Virus record (IMG/VR): IMGVR_UViG_3300020037_004820 | Direction: 5' to 3' (one strand) | Source: a virus | Lineage: Duplodnaviria; Caudoviricetes | DNA: 64,000 nt | In this document: positions 41,767 to 52,251 of the stretch, one piece after another | Layout of the letters: each line of letters begins with the position of its first letter | How positions within the stretch are numbered: position 1 is the first letter of the stretch | Program-made: the position numbers and the translations under genes | Notes under the pieces: generated by a model | Told to the model about the DNA's origin: nothing | The model's database searches: none | What the model saw: the letters and a program-made list of their open reading frames with translations, nothing else

Positions 41767-41835
41767 AAGACAGAGAATTGGTTGTAGAGTGTTGTTTCTG
41801 CAAATTGAAGTAACTCTACTATTTACTGCTGTCTT
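41767..41835 (-). ncRNA. short Y-RNA-like element 3
   Basis: aagacag/ctgtctt stem, gtagagt/actctac inner stem, TTACTTC and ATTCTC motifs. Confidence 0.6.
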
Positions 41836-41890
41836 TGTATTTGGTGCAAGTGACAGAATTCTGTCACAGGATTCTGTCAAGTGCAATTTT

Positions 41891-41964
41891 TGGAGCAGGA
41901 TAGGAGAATCGAACTCCTTTAGCTAGCTTGGAAGGCTAGGTCACAACCAATATGTCAATCCTGC
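41891..41964 (-). tRNA. tRNA-Gly(UCC)
   Basis: CTAGC-CT-TCC-AA-GCTAG, U73, CCA; overlaps the 3' end of the HNH gene. Confidence 0.88.
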
Positions 41965-42355
41965 GTTTATGTGTTCTTTCTCTGTGACAATTTGCACAAA
42001 CTAAATCACATTTTTCAATTTCTTCTAAAAGTTCTTTCTCAGAGCAATGAAAACTTCTACTTCCTATATTAAATTCTTTTTTGGATCTATGATCAAAATC
42101 CATAACATAATATGGGTATTTTCTATTACAGTCTAAACAAGGACTAGCCTCTTTCAATAAAATCAATAACTCTCTAATTTTTGCTCTATAGTCTTTAACT
42201 TGAGTGGAAATTTTATCCACATTTTTTCTATAATGTTCTTTTCTTAGAATTTTTTGACAACTTCTACATTGAGACTGTAGACCATCTGGTCTTCTTTTAT
42301 TTCGAGCAAAGGATTCTTCTGCTTTATCTAGCTTACAGCTATAACAATTTTTCAT
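41936..42355 (-). CDS. HNH endonuclease
   Basis: CYSC, CRSC, CLDC, DFDHR, CDLVCANCHRERTH. Confidence 0.85.
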   Translation of the reverse strand: MKNCYSCKLDKAEESFARNKRRPDGLQSQCRSCQKILRKEHYRKNVDKISTQVKDYRAKIRELLILLKEASPCLDCNRKYPYYVMDFDHRSKKEFNIGSRSFHCSEKELLEEIEKCDLVCANCHRERTHKRRIDILVVT

Positions 42356-42384
42356 ACTATAAGTAGTATCTTCCAGATTTTTTA

Positions 42385-42426
42385 TGATTGGAAGTCAGGC
42401 TCCTTAAACCGCTCAATCACACTTGC
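42385..42426 (-). pseudogene. 5' half of an interrupted tRNA (TCC anticodon); matching 3' end at 41842-41851
   Basis: GCAAGTG...CCTGA-CT-TCC-AA-TCA; CACTTGC-A-CCA about 540 nt downstream. Confidence 0.55.
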
Positions 42427-42434
42427 ATTTTGTT

Positions 42435-42638
42435 TTACTTATCAGTAGGTCCTTGACGGACCAAAATTATACAATCTTTCTTCCAGATATATGCACCATT
42501 ATCAACAGTAGTTTTACAAATAATTACAAATTGTGGGTCAGTTATATCATCAACTACAGTTGATTGATTGCCAACTGCGCAACTTGAGATAAATAGTACA
42601 GTAGAGGCAATTATTCCACTAATCAATTTTTTAAGCAT
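42435..42638 (-). CDS. small putative lipoprotein
   Basis: MLKK + hydrophobic stretch + ISSC. Confidence 0.55.
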   Translation of the reverse strand: MLKKLISGIIASTVLFISSCAVGNQSTVVDDITDPQFVIICKTTVDNGAYIWKKDCIILVRQGPTDK

Positions 42639-42648
42639 ATTTTCCTTT

Positions 42649-42726
<78 letters not shown>

Positions 42727-42744
42727 ATATTTATGTTTCTGGTC

Positions 42745-42817
42745 TAGCAATAAAAGGACTCGAACCTTTAACGACCCAATTATGATTCGGGTGCTCTACC
42801 TATTGAGCTATATTGCC
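42745..42817 (-). tRNA. tRNA-Met/Ile2(CAU)
   Basis: GGCAATA/TATTGCT, loop AT-CAT-AA; CCA offset by 2 nt. Confidence 0.8.
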
Positions 42818-42857
42818 ATTTTATATATGTAAGACTAATTAGTCTAGGGAACAATCA

Positions 42858-43115
42858 ATGAACTATTTAAAAGGCGGCAAAGGGGATAATCATTCTTTTA
42901 CAGAATTTGATCATAAAGAAGTACAAATTGGTATAAGAGTTGAATCAGAACATGTAACAGATTTGGATAAAATCTTAGAAATTGTTGTAGATCATCTATC
43001 GGATAATCCAACATATTATAGTGAATTATGTCAATCCGGTTTAGTAGATGAACCTTCTGCTATGAAGGTGTATAATAAACTTTTTAAGGAAAATAGAATA
43101 ATTTTTCAATGGTGA
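42858..43115 (+). CDS. DUF5661-like protein
   Basis: GGKGD...GIRVESEH...DHLSDNPTYY. Confidence 0.65.
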   Translation: MNYLKGGKGDNHSFTEFDHKEVQIGIRVESEHVTDLDKILEIVVDHLSDNPTYYSELCQSGLVDEPSAMKVYNKLFKENRIIFQW

Positions 43116-43116
43116 A

Positions 43117-43192
43117 TGGTGGCTTCTGTCAGTTTCGAGCTGACCTATCAAGTTCTTCAAACTTGCGCTTTCACCAGATTAGCTTAGAAGCC
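43117..43192 (-). tRNA. tRNA-Phe(GAA)
   Basis: CAAGT-TT-GAA-GA-ACTTG, CCA. Confidence 0.88.
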
Positions 43193-43215
43193 ATACATAA
43201 GTAGTATAAGATTTT

Positions 43216-43256
43216 TGAAAAGACGCTATTGCATCTCCTACAATAGCGTCTTTTCA
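43216..43256 (-). terminator. long hairpin terminator
   Basis: tgaaaagacgctattg / caatagcgtcttttca. Confidence 0.75.
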
Positions 43257-43264
43257 ACTATTGA

Positions 43265-43558
43265 TTAGAGAGTCGCCAACTTATCTGCGGCAAGAGCATC
43301 AATCTGACTTTGATCGACCAGAATACCTGTAAAGTTGTTACGCGGTTTACCCGTGGTCAACTTAATTACAGTGTCGGCATTCGCAATGGGTACAACAATG
43401 CGCTTAAGCGCACGAGAAGCATCCACGTCTTTGCTGGTTTTAGTCAGCAAAGTAACGGAATCCGAACTAACGTCGAAAATCCATGCCTTATCGCCGGCGA
43501 GCGCGCCACCAAAATCAGTAGCGAGTTGGCAGTTTCTGCCTTTGTTCCAAGTTTTCAT
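43265..43558 (-). CDS. hypothetical protein, GC-richer, monocistronic
   Basis: Start MKTWNK after GAGG; promoter 43606-43633, terminator 43216. Confidence 0.7.
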   Translation of the reverse strand: MKTWNKGRNCQLATDFGGALAGDKAWIFDVSSDSVTLLTKTSKDVDASRALKRIVVPIANADTVIKLTTGKPRNNFTGILVDQSQIDALAADKLATL

Positions 43559-43720
43559 GTTTTCCTCTGTTCTTTGTATTTTTTCGAACCGTTGCTCGAT
43601 ACCCACCTATAAGCTCGGCCGGTCGGTTGTCAAGGGCCTATGCGTCAATTGGCTAGCCGGTCGACCCCAACCAATACAAAACCAAGGTATAGACTACTTA
43701 CACAATCTATACCTTGGTTT

Positions 43721-44941
43721 TTAGGCATCATCTGTCCCGTCATTTTCCGTATTAAGCGAGATATCTACTTCTCCTTCAATTTCTTGATGATCAGTAGTTT
43801 CATCATTTGCTTCTTTCATGGAATATTCAGGATTAATAATCTTGATTTTCTTTCTATTTAGAGTCAACAAATCGTCATTCTTAACAACTATACCTTCTCT
43901 AACTTTTTGAGTTGGAGCAAATATAGAGTCTCCTGCAACGAAACTTTCTGCTATTTCTTTATTCCATTTTCCTTGATACAGGATAGGAACAAATTGTAAA
44001 CCTAAATTATCACAAAAGGTCTGTGCTTCTTCCAAAGAAAGCCATTTCTGATCATTTTCTGTTTGGAATAGAACGTCAAATATTACTAATCCTTTTTGTC
44101 CTTCTTCTAAACCATAATGGTAACCTTTCTGAATATCTGGCCCATAAATTTCTCCGTAAAGAACATACCCAGGAAATTCCTTAAGTTTGCGCTTTAGATC
44201 GAATCTATGACACATTTGTGCATAAATATCCGAACCATACCATGTAGGTGATTTAGATCTCTTTTGTCTTTGTACAGTATTGCTACCGTAACAGAATTCA
44301 TAGGCAGACGTTATATGCAGGAACTTTTTGATTTTTTCCCAAAGAGTTACTGGCTCATTTGGCAAATAACCTGCGCGCCAGTTCGATCCATGAATTTTTT
44401 CCGAAATCCATACAATGTTTTCTTCGGAAAACGCATGTGGTTCCCATTTAATATTGGTGCAACCATTGTATTCTTTGAAATACTGATTGGTCTTCGGTTT
44501 ATTGCGAACCTTTGGAGCATTTTGATCCTTTGGTTGATTTGCAACAAAAGAAGGAGGATAGTATTTTACTACATCCAGTTCATCTGCAATATCAACGTCT
44601 TGAAGAATATATCCAAGATTGCAAAGTTTAGCAATCTCATCAAAAGGAGCAATCATACCTTGCGATACGAATTTTTGAATTCTACAAGCACGAATACGAG
44701 CTTTAGTAAGCTTAATTTTAGCATCAATCGGGAAAAGATAATTTTCAATCTTCGCAGGAAGGATAGAATTAATAGGTAGATAAATAACTATATCTCCTAC
44801 TTTATATTGTCCTTTACCAACAACAACTTGAAAGCCATATACAGTTGCAATTTCTAATCTAAGAACAGTAGGGTTGGGATGAGGAGTTATTTCTAATATA
44901 GAAGTTTTGCATACTTTAAAATTAGGGTCTTTTATCTTCAT
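43721..44941 (-). CDS. RNA ligase, DRB0094-like family
   Basis: N-terminal OB-like HPNP..LEIA..G..VV; EKIHG, YGEIYG, FDV, REGIVV, KIIN. Confidence 0.88.
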   Translation of the reverse strand: MKIKDPNFKVCKTSILEITPHPNPTVLRLEIATVYGFQVVVGKGQYKVGDIVIYLPINSILPAKIENYLFPIDAKIKLTKARIRACRIQKFVSQGMIAPFDEIAKLCNLGYILQDVDIADELDVVKYYPPSFVANQPKDQNAPKVRNKPKTNQYFKEYNGCTNIKWEPHAFSEENIVWISEKIHGSNWRAGYLPNEPVTLWEKIKKFLHITSAYEFCYGSNTVQRQKRSKSPTWYGSDIYAQMCHRFDLKRKLKEFPGYVLYGEIYGPDIQKGYHYGLEEGQKGLVIFDVLFQTENDQKWLSLEEAQTFCDNLGLQFVPILYQGKWNKEIAESFVAGDSIFAPTQKVREGIVVKNDDLLTLNRKKIKIINPEYSMKEANDETTDHQEIEGEVDISLNTENDGTDDA

Positions 44942-45494
44942 TTTCTTTCCTTATTATTTCAATATATACTTGTTTGATCCAAGTATAAAATTCTTCTTTA
45001 GACATTTCTAGTTTGCCACGATTACATCGTTCGCAACAAGTGACACAATTTTCAATTGTATAGCCTTTGGTATTATCTACTCGATCTATTCCATTATATG
45101 TAAAAGTTCCATTATGTTTAATGATTTTAACAATATTTTCTGGAATAGCTAAACAATAGATACAATTGGAAATAACTAATTTTCTAAATTGATCTTTAGT
45201 TAAAGAGAATTCTAAGTTTTTTAAAATTGCTCTTGATCTATATCTTGAATATAATGAATTAAAAGATGCTTCACCTTTAGGGAGGCATCTTTTAGATCCA
45301 ACTGCATGTAATTTATGATAACATCCACAAGAAATCGTCTGATTTCGATCAACAGATCGTTTTAATATAACTTTTTCTTTTGAACATTTACATAAATAAA
45401 GCCAATATTCGTGATCTCTATCTTTTTTGTTATCTCTATATTCAAAAAATCTAAGTGGAGTTAACCATGATTCAATCTTATTTTTGGGCAGCAT
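44922..45494 (-). CDS. HNH-type homing endonuclease
   Basis: GIDRVDNTKGYTIENCVTCCERCN; paralog of 7102-7593. Confidence 0.8.
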   Translation of the reverse strand: MLPKNKIESWLTPLRFFEYRDNKKDRDHEYWLYLCKCSKEKVILKRSVDRNQTISCGCYHKLHAVGSKRCLPKGEASFNSLYSRYRSRAILKNLEFSLTKDQFRKLVISNCIYCLAIPENIVKIIKHNGTFTYNGIDRVDNTKGYTIENCVTCCERCNRGKLEMSKEEFYTWIKQVYIEIIRKENEDKRP

Positions 45495-45563
45495 GTTATA
45501 AATAGTACTAAAATTCTATTCTGCCTGTTTATTTTTCGTCTTCTTTAGGAAGTATCGTTGTTA

Positions 45564-46094
45564 TCATTTGGCCTCAAAGTAATCTGCCAGTAATCTTTTA
45601 AAGATGGATAGATGAAGAGTCAATTCATCATCTGTCATTTTATCTAAATCTTTACCAGCCGTTGTTCGGACTTCTAAATGAGCAATATCAGGAGCAAAAG
45701 GCTCCTCATTTATCATTATTGTGTATGTTTCTTCATTTGGTATAACCGCGTGCCAAGTAAGAGGATTAACAATCGCATAACTAGAATATTTCTCTAAATT
45801 AAATTCTGCAACAGATTGTTGATCTGAAACTCTATTGAAAGAATAGCCCACGCGCATTCTATATGAACCGTGTAATATAATAAATGCTCCAGGCCAAGGA
45901 TGAGGATGATCAAATGCTTCGTGTGTGGAGCATTCATCAAATTTATGAAGACAAACTCTTAATCCATTTGGAAGAATGGTCCAAACTCTATATGTAAAAG
46001 GTTTTCGTTTATTAATTTCTAAACTTTGCCATATAGATGGATCATATAATAATTTAGGAAGCTCAGATAATACAGAACGTAATTTGTCTAACAT
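45564..46094 (-). CDS. cupin-fold protein
   Basis: LHKF...HPHPW...WHAV. Confidence 0.6.
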   Translation of the reverse strand: MLDKLRSVLSELPKLLYDPSIWQSLEINKRKPFTYRVWTILPNGLRVCLHKFDECSTHEAFDHPHPWPGAFIILHGSYRMRVGYSFNRVSDQQSVAEFNLEKYSSYAIVNPLTWHAVIPNEETYTIMINEEPFAPDIAHLEVRTTAGKDLDKMTDDELTLHLSIFKRLLADYFEAK

Positions 46095-46636
46095 ATTTAT
46101 CCTCTAGCGAGATACATATTCATTATACTGTTCATCTACTTCATATTTGTCATACTCTGGACCAAAATCTTCATTTGCTTCTTGAAGCACAGCTTCTTTG
46201 CAATCATTGCAAGAACATGGACAATTTTCATCTTCTGAGCAAAACTCTTGATTATCTTCATCTAGAGTTTCATCATGTTCGCAATTTTTACCATAGCAAT
46301 GGTGAACAATTTCATCACGAGGATTAGGTCCAAAACGTGGATTGTCATGGGGAGAAGTATAGGGATATCCCATATTAACCTTCTTGTTCTTTAATGAGTT
46401 GTTCCAACAACATGAACAATTCGCTTTCTTTTTCTCCAGCTTCCGTAAAAGCTGTTTCAACTTCTATTTTCAGTTTACCCATTAGAACATTAAATGGCAT
46501 CCATTCGATAAGATCTGTTATACCTGCTCCTCTAACTGCTATTGCTCTTTCTTCAAGAGTAGCAACTAGATACTTATTATAACTATTTTTAAATGCTTTA
46601 TAAGCTTCGATTATTTCGGATAGTGTATTCATTAGT

Positions 46637-47284
46637 TTATCCCAGTTTATTTGGAACTATAGTTTCGGTTGTCCAATGTTCAGAAGTTTGAACATGTCCT
46701 TCTCGGACATATTTCGCTATATTAGCTTCTGAATCTTCGTATTTGAATCCTGCGAAGTTGCGCACAACAAACCCTTCCACTTCATCACTTCTTTTAGCTT
46801 TATATGAAGCATATAAAGAATTCAATGAATCAGGAATAGGCATTGGTCCCCTATAAATAACAGGAACCGTTCGTAAATTTACGAGAGAGCACCAAAGTTC
46901 AGTAGTTTCCCAATCCAAACAAGTATTGGTATCATCCCAGATGCTAAATACAAGCAAATAAGATTTGAGCGATTTATAATGGATGGAATGTTTCGCATAC
47001 ATATTTTCTGCGCAAACTCTCCATCCATTAGGAAACTCATGTGCTACTTTCTTCCAGATAGCTTTTGCGTAATTTCTGGACGCATGATTGTTAGAATCTA
47101 GTGATCTAGCATGAGCATGACCATCGGAATATCCTGTAAAATTTTCACCATCCATTTTTTCGGTGATAACTACAGATTCCATCTTATATAGATGGCTTTC
47201 TGATTCGAGCTTTTTATCGTCATTAGTACACCCCGGAGAAGTTAGCAAATGAGGTGTTCTAAAATACTTGATTCTTTCAGACAT
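46637..47284 (-). CDS. RNA ligase (Rnl2-like adenylation domain)
   Basis: KYFRTPHL, TEKMDGEN, EGFVVR, AKYVR. Confidence 0.85.
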   Translation of the reverse strand: MSERIKYFRTPHLLTSPGCTNDDKKLESESHLYKMESVVITEKMDGENFTGYSDGHAHARSLDSNNHASRNYAKAIWKKVAHEFPNGWRVCAENMYAKHSIHYKSLKSYLLVFSIWDDTNTCLDWETTELWCSLVNLRTVPVIYRGPMPIPDSLNSLYASYKAKRSDEVEGFVVRNFAGFKYEDSEANIAKYVREGHVQTSEHWTTETIVPNKLG

Positions 47285-47342
47285 ATCCGTCCTTAATGGA
47301 ATAGTGATGGTTCACTAGAACATAGGCACGGCCTTGGATATG

Positions 47343-47801
47343 TCAAGCCTCGGCAGGCGGCCCAGCGCTTAATATAACTTCTGTACCTGTTTCTTTTAAC
47401 GTTTTGCCATATAAATGATCTATTTCATGTTGAGCAATAATAGCCCATCTATCTCTAAATATTTTCTTTTTCTTCTTAAATTGTTCATCACGATATATTA
47501 CAGTTATTTTCTTAGAACGATTGACTGTAAAAGCAAGTCCAGCAATTGATAGACAAGATTCGTAAGAAGCTATCTTCTCTTCGGAGGAAGAAACTATAAC
47601 TGGATTAATCATTATACCGAAATCACGTATCCATATTAGAGAATATGATAATCCAGTTTGTGGAGCTGCTAAACCAACTGCTTTTTCTTGATATCGTTTG
47701 ATTAACTCTTTAAAATGAGGAAGAAATTTTTTCGCAGTTTCTTTATCTGGAATAGAAACTGCAATTTCGTTTAATATTTTATTTGGCCATTGTAAAATCA
47801 T
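47343..47801 (-). CDS. def: peptide deformylase
   Basis: GLAAPQ, ESCLS, QHEIDHL. Confidence 0.93.
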   Translation of the reverse strand: MILQWPNKILNEIAVSIPDKETAKKFLPHFKELIKRYQEKAVGLAAPQTGLSYSLIWIRDFGIMINPVIVSSSEEKIASYESCLSIAGLAFTVNRSKKITVIYRDEQFKKKKKIFRDRWAIIAQHEIDHLYGKTLKETGTEVILSAGPPAEA

Positions 47802-48299
47802 TTTCTATATCCTTTTTGAATTTTTCGGCGCCCTTTTAAAGAAGCTTCTTTTGCAACAGCTACCAGTGCAACTATAGCTATAATTGCTAAAAACAGAGCT
47901 ATACCTATCCATAAAGGACATAAAACCCAAACCCAACTCCAATCTATTATACCTGCTAATTTAAACGCAATAAATAAAATTGCGAGCAAACCTGTGAAAC
48001 CTATACCTTTCATCTTAACTCCTTTTCCCACGAAATGTGGAAATAATCTGGACCATTTTCTGTATCCCAAATGGATACAACATAATTTTTCTCTGTTAAA
48101 ATTTCTATAATCATATTTGTAACACTTTTTTCCGAAGGACAATTATAATTGTTATAATGGAATTTACCTTGCTTATGTTGTTGATGTATTCCTCCGGTAA
48201 TATTTTCTATATGCTTTAAAGCATCCGTCAAGTCTATACATTTTTTAATAGACTTGGTTTTCTTATTTAACTCTATTGCATCTGGTAATATAGTTTCTA

Positions 48300-48944
48300 T
48301 CATAGAGATACTCTCTGTTTACTTGTAAAGGTTAGAATAACAGTTGGTTCAACTATTTTATCTTGTTTTTGTTTTGGAATATAATGTTTCCAAAACTGTT
48401 GAGTTTCATTCATCATATATATAACCGTATTCATTCCTATGACAAATGGTACAGTTTCTCCAGTTTTAATATGTTCAAAAATTATTTTTCGAGGTTGTCC
48501 AAAGAATATCATTGCTATAGTAGATTCTTTTACTATTTCAGGTTCCTTAAATGAACGAGAAGGTATACTTTGAAGTCCATTAGCTAATTTTTCCACTAAA
48601 ACGTTTGTGTAAGACGTAAAATTATCACCACGAGAGCGATCGAATGATTCTATCACTGATTTAATTCTAGAAAACTGCGTATCATGTCCCCAAGACATTG
48701 GAACATAGCGTATACCATTGTGATCAGTATATTCGCCTTCATCAAGTCCATAATAACAAGATGTATTAGGGATTACTAGTCTTTCCCCATTTTTTACTGT
48801 AAAAGAGCGTTCTGCAAAAGGAAGAGTTCTTAATAAGATATTTAGATAAGACCGAGCACTTACCATTACATTGCTAATTTTACAAGCATCACCATCTTTA
48901 GGAAGAATATTAATTGAATTGAAATTTCTACTCGAAGTCGCCAT
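48300..48944 (-). CDS. AlkB-like 2OG-Fe(II) oxygenase fold, apparently inactive
   Basis: IAMIFFGQPRKIIF, TQQFWKHYIPK, VILTF; HxD absent. Confidence 0.55.
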   Translation of the reverse strand: MATSSRNFNSINILPKDGDACKISNVMVSARSYLNILLRTLPFAERSFTVKNGERLVIPNTSCYYGLDEGEYTDHNGIRYVPMSWGHDTQFSRIKSVIESFDRSRGDNFTSYTNVLVEKLANGLQSIPSRSFKEPEIVKESTIAMIFFGQPRKIIFEHIKTGETVPFVIGMNTVIYMMNETQQFWKHYIPKQKQDKIVEPTVILTFTSKQRVSL

Positions 48945-49761
48945 TTGTATTAAATTCCTTAAAGGACATATTTTCTATTGATTCAATCAAAGCATTGACA
49001 TCACACGCATAAAAGCCTGATGAATTTATACAATTTACTTCTATGATTTTGTAGCCATTTGGAGTATCTGCAACATCCAAGACAAAGGCTCTATCAGGGC
49101 AATATTCCCAAATACGTTTATGCACGAAATATCGGAGATCATCATCTATAAAATCATTTCTAGCAACAACTTTATTACCTAATTTATATAGGGAAGATGC
49201 TGCAATTTTTTGATTAACAATAAAGAAACGATATTCTTTATAAATTTCTTTAACAGAAGATACAAGTATCTCAGTATTTTCATCTAATGAAGTATAAGTA
49301 TCTCTTAGTTTAATAACCTTTTTTTGCCAAATCTTGAACTGCTCCCATGAGCTTATATGCCCCGCGAACGACTTGTCATCGTGAATCGGTCGTATAAAAA
49401 AAGGTTCATATGACGGTTTGCTTAAATCTCCAAATTTGGCGAATATGTTATCATAATTAAGCATATGTTCCCCCCAATTTATTTGGTGGATATACATATC
49501 AAAATTGTTATTAATAAAAACGCCAGGAGTCCATCCTTTCTTTTTTGCTATTTTAACAAGTGTGGTTCCTCCACAAACATATATAGGAACATCTTTAGGA
49601 GGTGACCAGTTTTCATCAACCTCATTGTTTTCATCTGCAATTTCATCTGCAAAAGGAATGACTTTTACAATTGAATAAGGAATAGATGCATGATCTAAAC
49701 ATTCTACAAAATATGTAAATTGTTGCTCATTCCAAAGATTATTCTGAATCACCCAGAACAT
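48928..49761 (-). CDS. ATP-grasp protein (DUF4343/R2K-like)
   Basis: FFIRPIHDDKSF, EYRFFIV, FVLDVA, IIEVNCINSSGFY. Confidence 0.8.
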   Translation of the reverse strand: MFWVIQNNLWNEQQFTYFVECLDHASIPYSIVKVIPFADEIADENNEVDENWSPPKDVPIYVCGGTTLVKIAKKKGWTPGVFINNNFDMYIHQINWGEHMLNYDNIFAKFGDLSKPSYEPFFIRPIHDDKSFAGHISSWEQFKIWQKKVIKLRDTYTSLDENTEILVSSVKEIYKEYRFFIVNQKIAASSLYKLGNKVVARNDFIDDDLRYFVHKRIWEYCPDRAFVLDVADTPNGYKIIEVNCINSSGFYACDVNALIESIENMSFKEFNTNGDFE

Positions 49762-52112
49762 TAGGGTTACTCCTATTTACTACTTCTTTAATGGTATCTG
49801 CTAAAGCTTTAAGCCCACGTTGCGTATCAACATGATATGATCCGCAAGCTAATCCTTTATACCATTCGCGCGGAGAAGGACAACCACAATGTCCAGCAAC
49901 TCTAACTTCTTGACCAAATTCCGCATGAAGTTTTTCAGCAACTTCAACTTCTATACCAGGACCTTTACATATCCAATAATACCATGCTCTATCAAAAGAC
50001 CATCCATGTAAAGAACCTACAATAATTGTATGAACTTCTGATTCTTTCCTATTTCTCATAAATTCAGGTAATTTACAAATTGGAATACCTGCATCTTCTA
50101 ATTCTTTAGAAATCTCTGCATCTTTATCAAAGAATCCTGCGTAGTTATTCATATTTTTGCTTAAGCCTTTCGAATTCTTTACGTTCTAACTCTTCTTTTT
50201 CTAGAAGTTTTTTCTGCTGCTGCTCTAATTTTTCAGCTAATAATATTTCTTTTTTCTCTAATTCTATTTGAAGCCATAAAGGGTCCCAAGCGTATGATAA
50301 AGGGATATATACAGACCAAACGTCTCCATATCTATTAAGACATTTGCATTGAAATTCTTCAGTGTCTCTATCTAATAAAACATCTGTTATAAATTCTCCA
50401 TGTTTCTCTTCCCATTGGATATTAGGATGGGAATATGCAATTGTCTTTATATAGGATAAGATATGTCCGTAATCTGTTATAATTGAAAGAACTCTAGATT
50501 TTTCCATTTTTTCTTTCCTCTTTATGAAAATCACATAAAGTTTTTACCCAAAATCCGTCTGACGTAGAAGATGCAGGTTTGCCACACTCTTCACATGTTA
50601 TATACGAATTTGACTCAGCATTCATAACCTTTATATTAAGGTTTTGCAGAAATTCTGTTCGTTTATTAAACGAGTTCAAATCTTCTTCAATCATCATATA
50701 AGGATGATTGTCATCCCCCAACCGTTGATCCATTTTCCAATAATAGCGGAGTCCTCCAAATTTTTCTTTAATTTGAACGATTTCGAAATGATCTGGAGGA
50801 TTTAATTCTAAAATAGCTTGTGATAAATCACGAATTATATAGAACCATCCATCTCCACAAGAAATATAACGCAAATTACTTAAAAAAGGAAATTTTTCCT
50901 TAAGGAATTCGAATAGATCTTTGTTCATAAATTAAACCATCCTTTTATAGACTGCATGCCATTTTATGTCATCCAAAAAAACTGTTAGTGAGTATATCGA
51001 AGGATTATTTTTAAATATGTCTAGAATAGTTTCTGGAACCATATCGATTTGAATTGGACAGAAGGAAGGTTTAAAATTGATATCAGAATAGCAAGAAGTT
51101 GGATAAAATGCTGCCCAGATTTTCATTCTTCTTCTCCATCAATTTCTTCCAATAATTCAGATTCATCTTCCCCATAATAATCTTTATACCATTGTATTTT
51201 TTCTTTTAACAACTTAGTTGTCAACTCTGACAATTCTAACAGTTCATGGAAATTATGTTGTTGTGTACCATAAAAAGTTGGCATAAGGAGTTTATGTAGA
51301 CTATTAAGATTATAAGTAAAGTTATAAAGTTCTACATATTTAGGTGTCCATGTTTCATCAAATTCCATTACACTAAGAAAATTATGTTCTCTAGGAGAGC
51401 ATCTTCCTAATATGTTTTTATACTCAAAATCAAAGTCGAATTCAAACACTCGTGTGTAAAAATCAACTGATTTTTGGTCATCATTAGCTTTAGCTGTTTC
51501 TAACTCTTTTTTATGCTTAATTTTCTTTCGAAGCATTTCAGAAAAGAAATTTATACCTTCAAGATAATATTTTGCCTGATACTCATAAGTTGTATCCATT
51601 TTAGGAGTCTTTATTAAATGTTGATATATTTCTAACTGAATGTCTGTATGTGTAATGATTTTACACATTTCATAATTCAGGGGTTTATCGCCTTTCCACC
51701 ATGATGAAGTTTGCAAATCATATTCATCATATGGTTCGCCAGCTTCTTTAGCTTTTAGCGCTTTTTCTGGTTTTTCAAAACCATATATATACCAACGATC
51801 GTCATTGGATATAGTATTAGCTAAAACATCAATTGATACGCCGAAGAACTTTTCGAGCATTTCAACGTTTTTGTCACGTTTAATATTTTCAATATGCCCA
51901 TAATCTCCGTATTCTCCAATAATTGCAAATCCAAAAGGAACATACATTGCATAGCAAGCATCATTGCTTACAAGTGGAGCTTTCTCTTTAAAAAAGTTAC
52001 GAGAATCCCAATCAGAATATAACCGTTTTGGCAAAATAAAAAACCTGGCAATTGGATCGCCAGGTGTAATATTCATTCCAGTTATTGAGCAAAGAACATC
52101 GAAACTTCCCAT
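49739..52112 (-). CDS. five hypothetical proteins (49739-50152, 50145-50534, 50494-50928, 50932-51126, 51123-52112)
   Basis: Co-oriented operon; 50494-50928 carries QIKEKFGGLRYY...CEECG. Confidence 0.6.
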
Positions 52113-52251
52113 TTTTATCGTCCTTACTAAATCACATGACTAGAGCAGCTCTTGCTGTTATACATTTAATTAATGATCTTTTTCTCGATTGTATGTCAAG
52201 AAAAAGATCATGGGGAGATATATCTACTATAAAAGTTAGAGGTTACAAAAA

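Noticed and set aside
41597-41835. CRISPR mini-array
   Set aside because: Units are self-complementary hairpins with covarying stems, not identical repeats with unique spacers; no cas genes in the window
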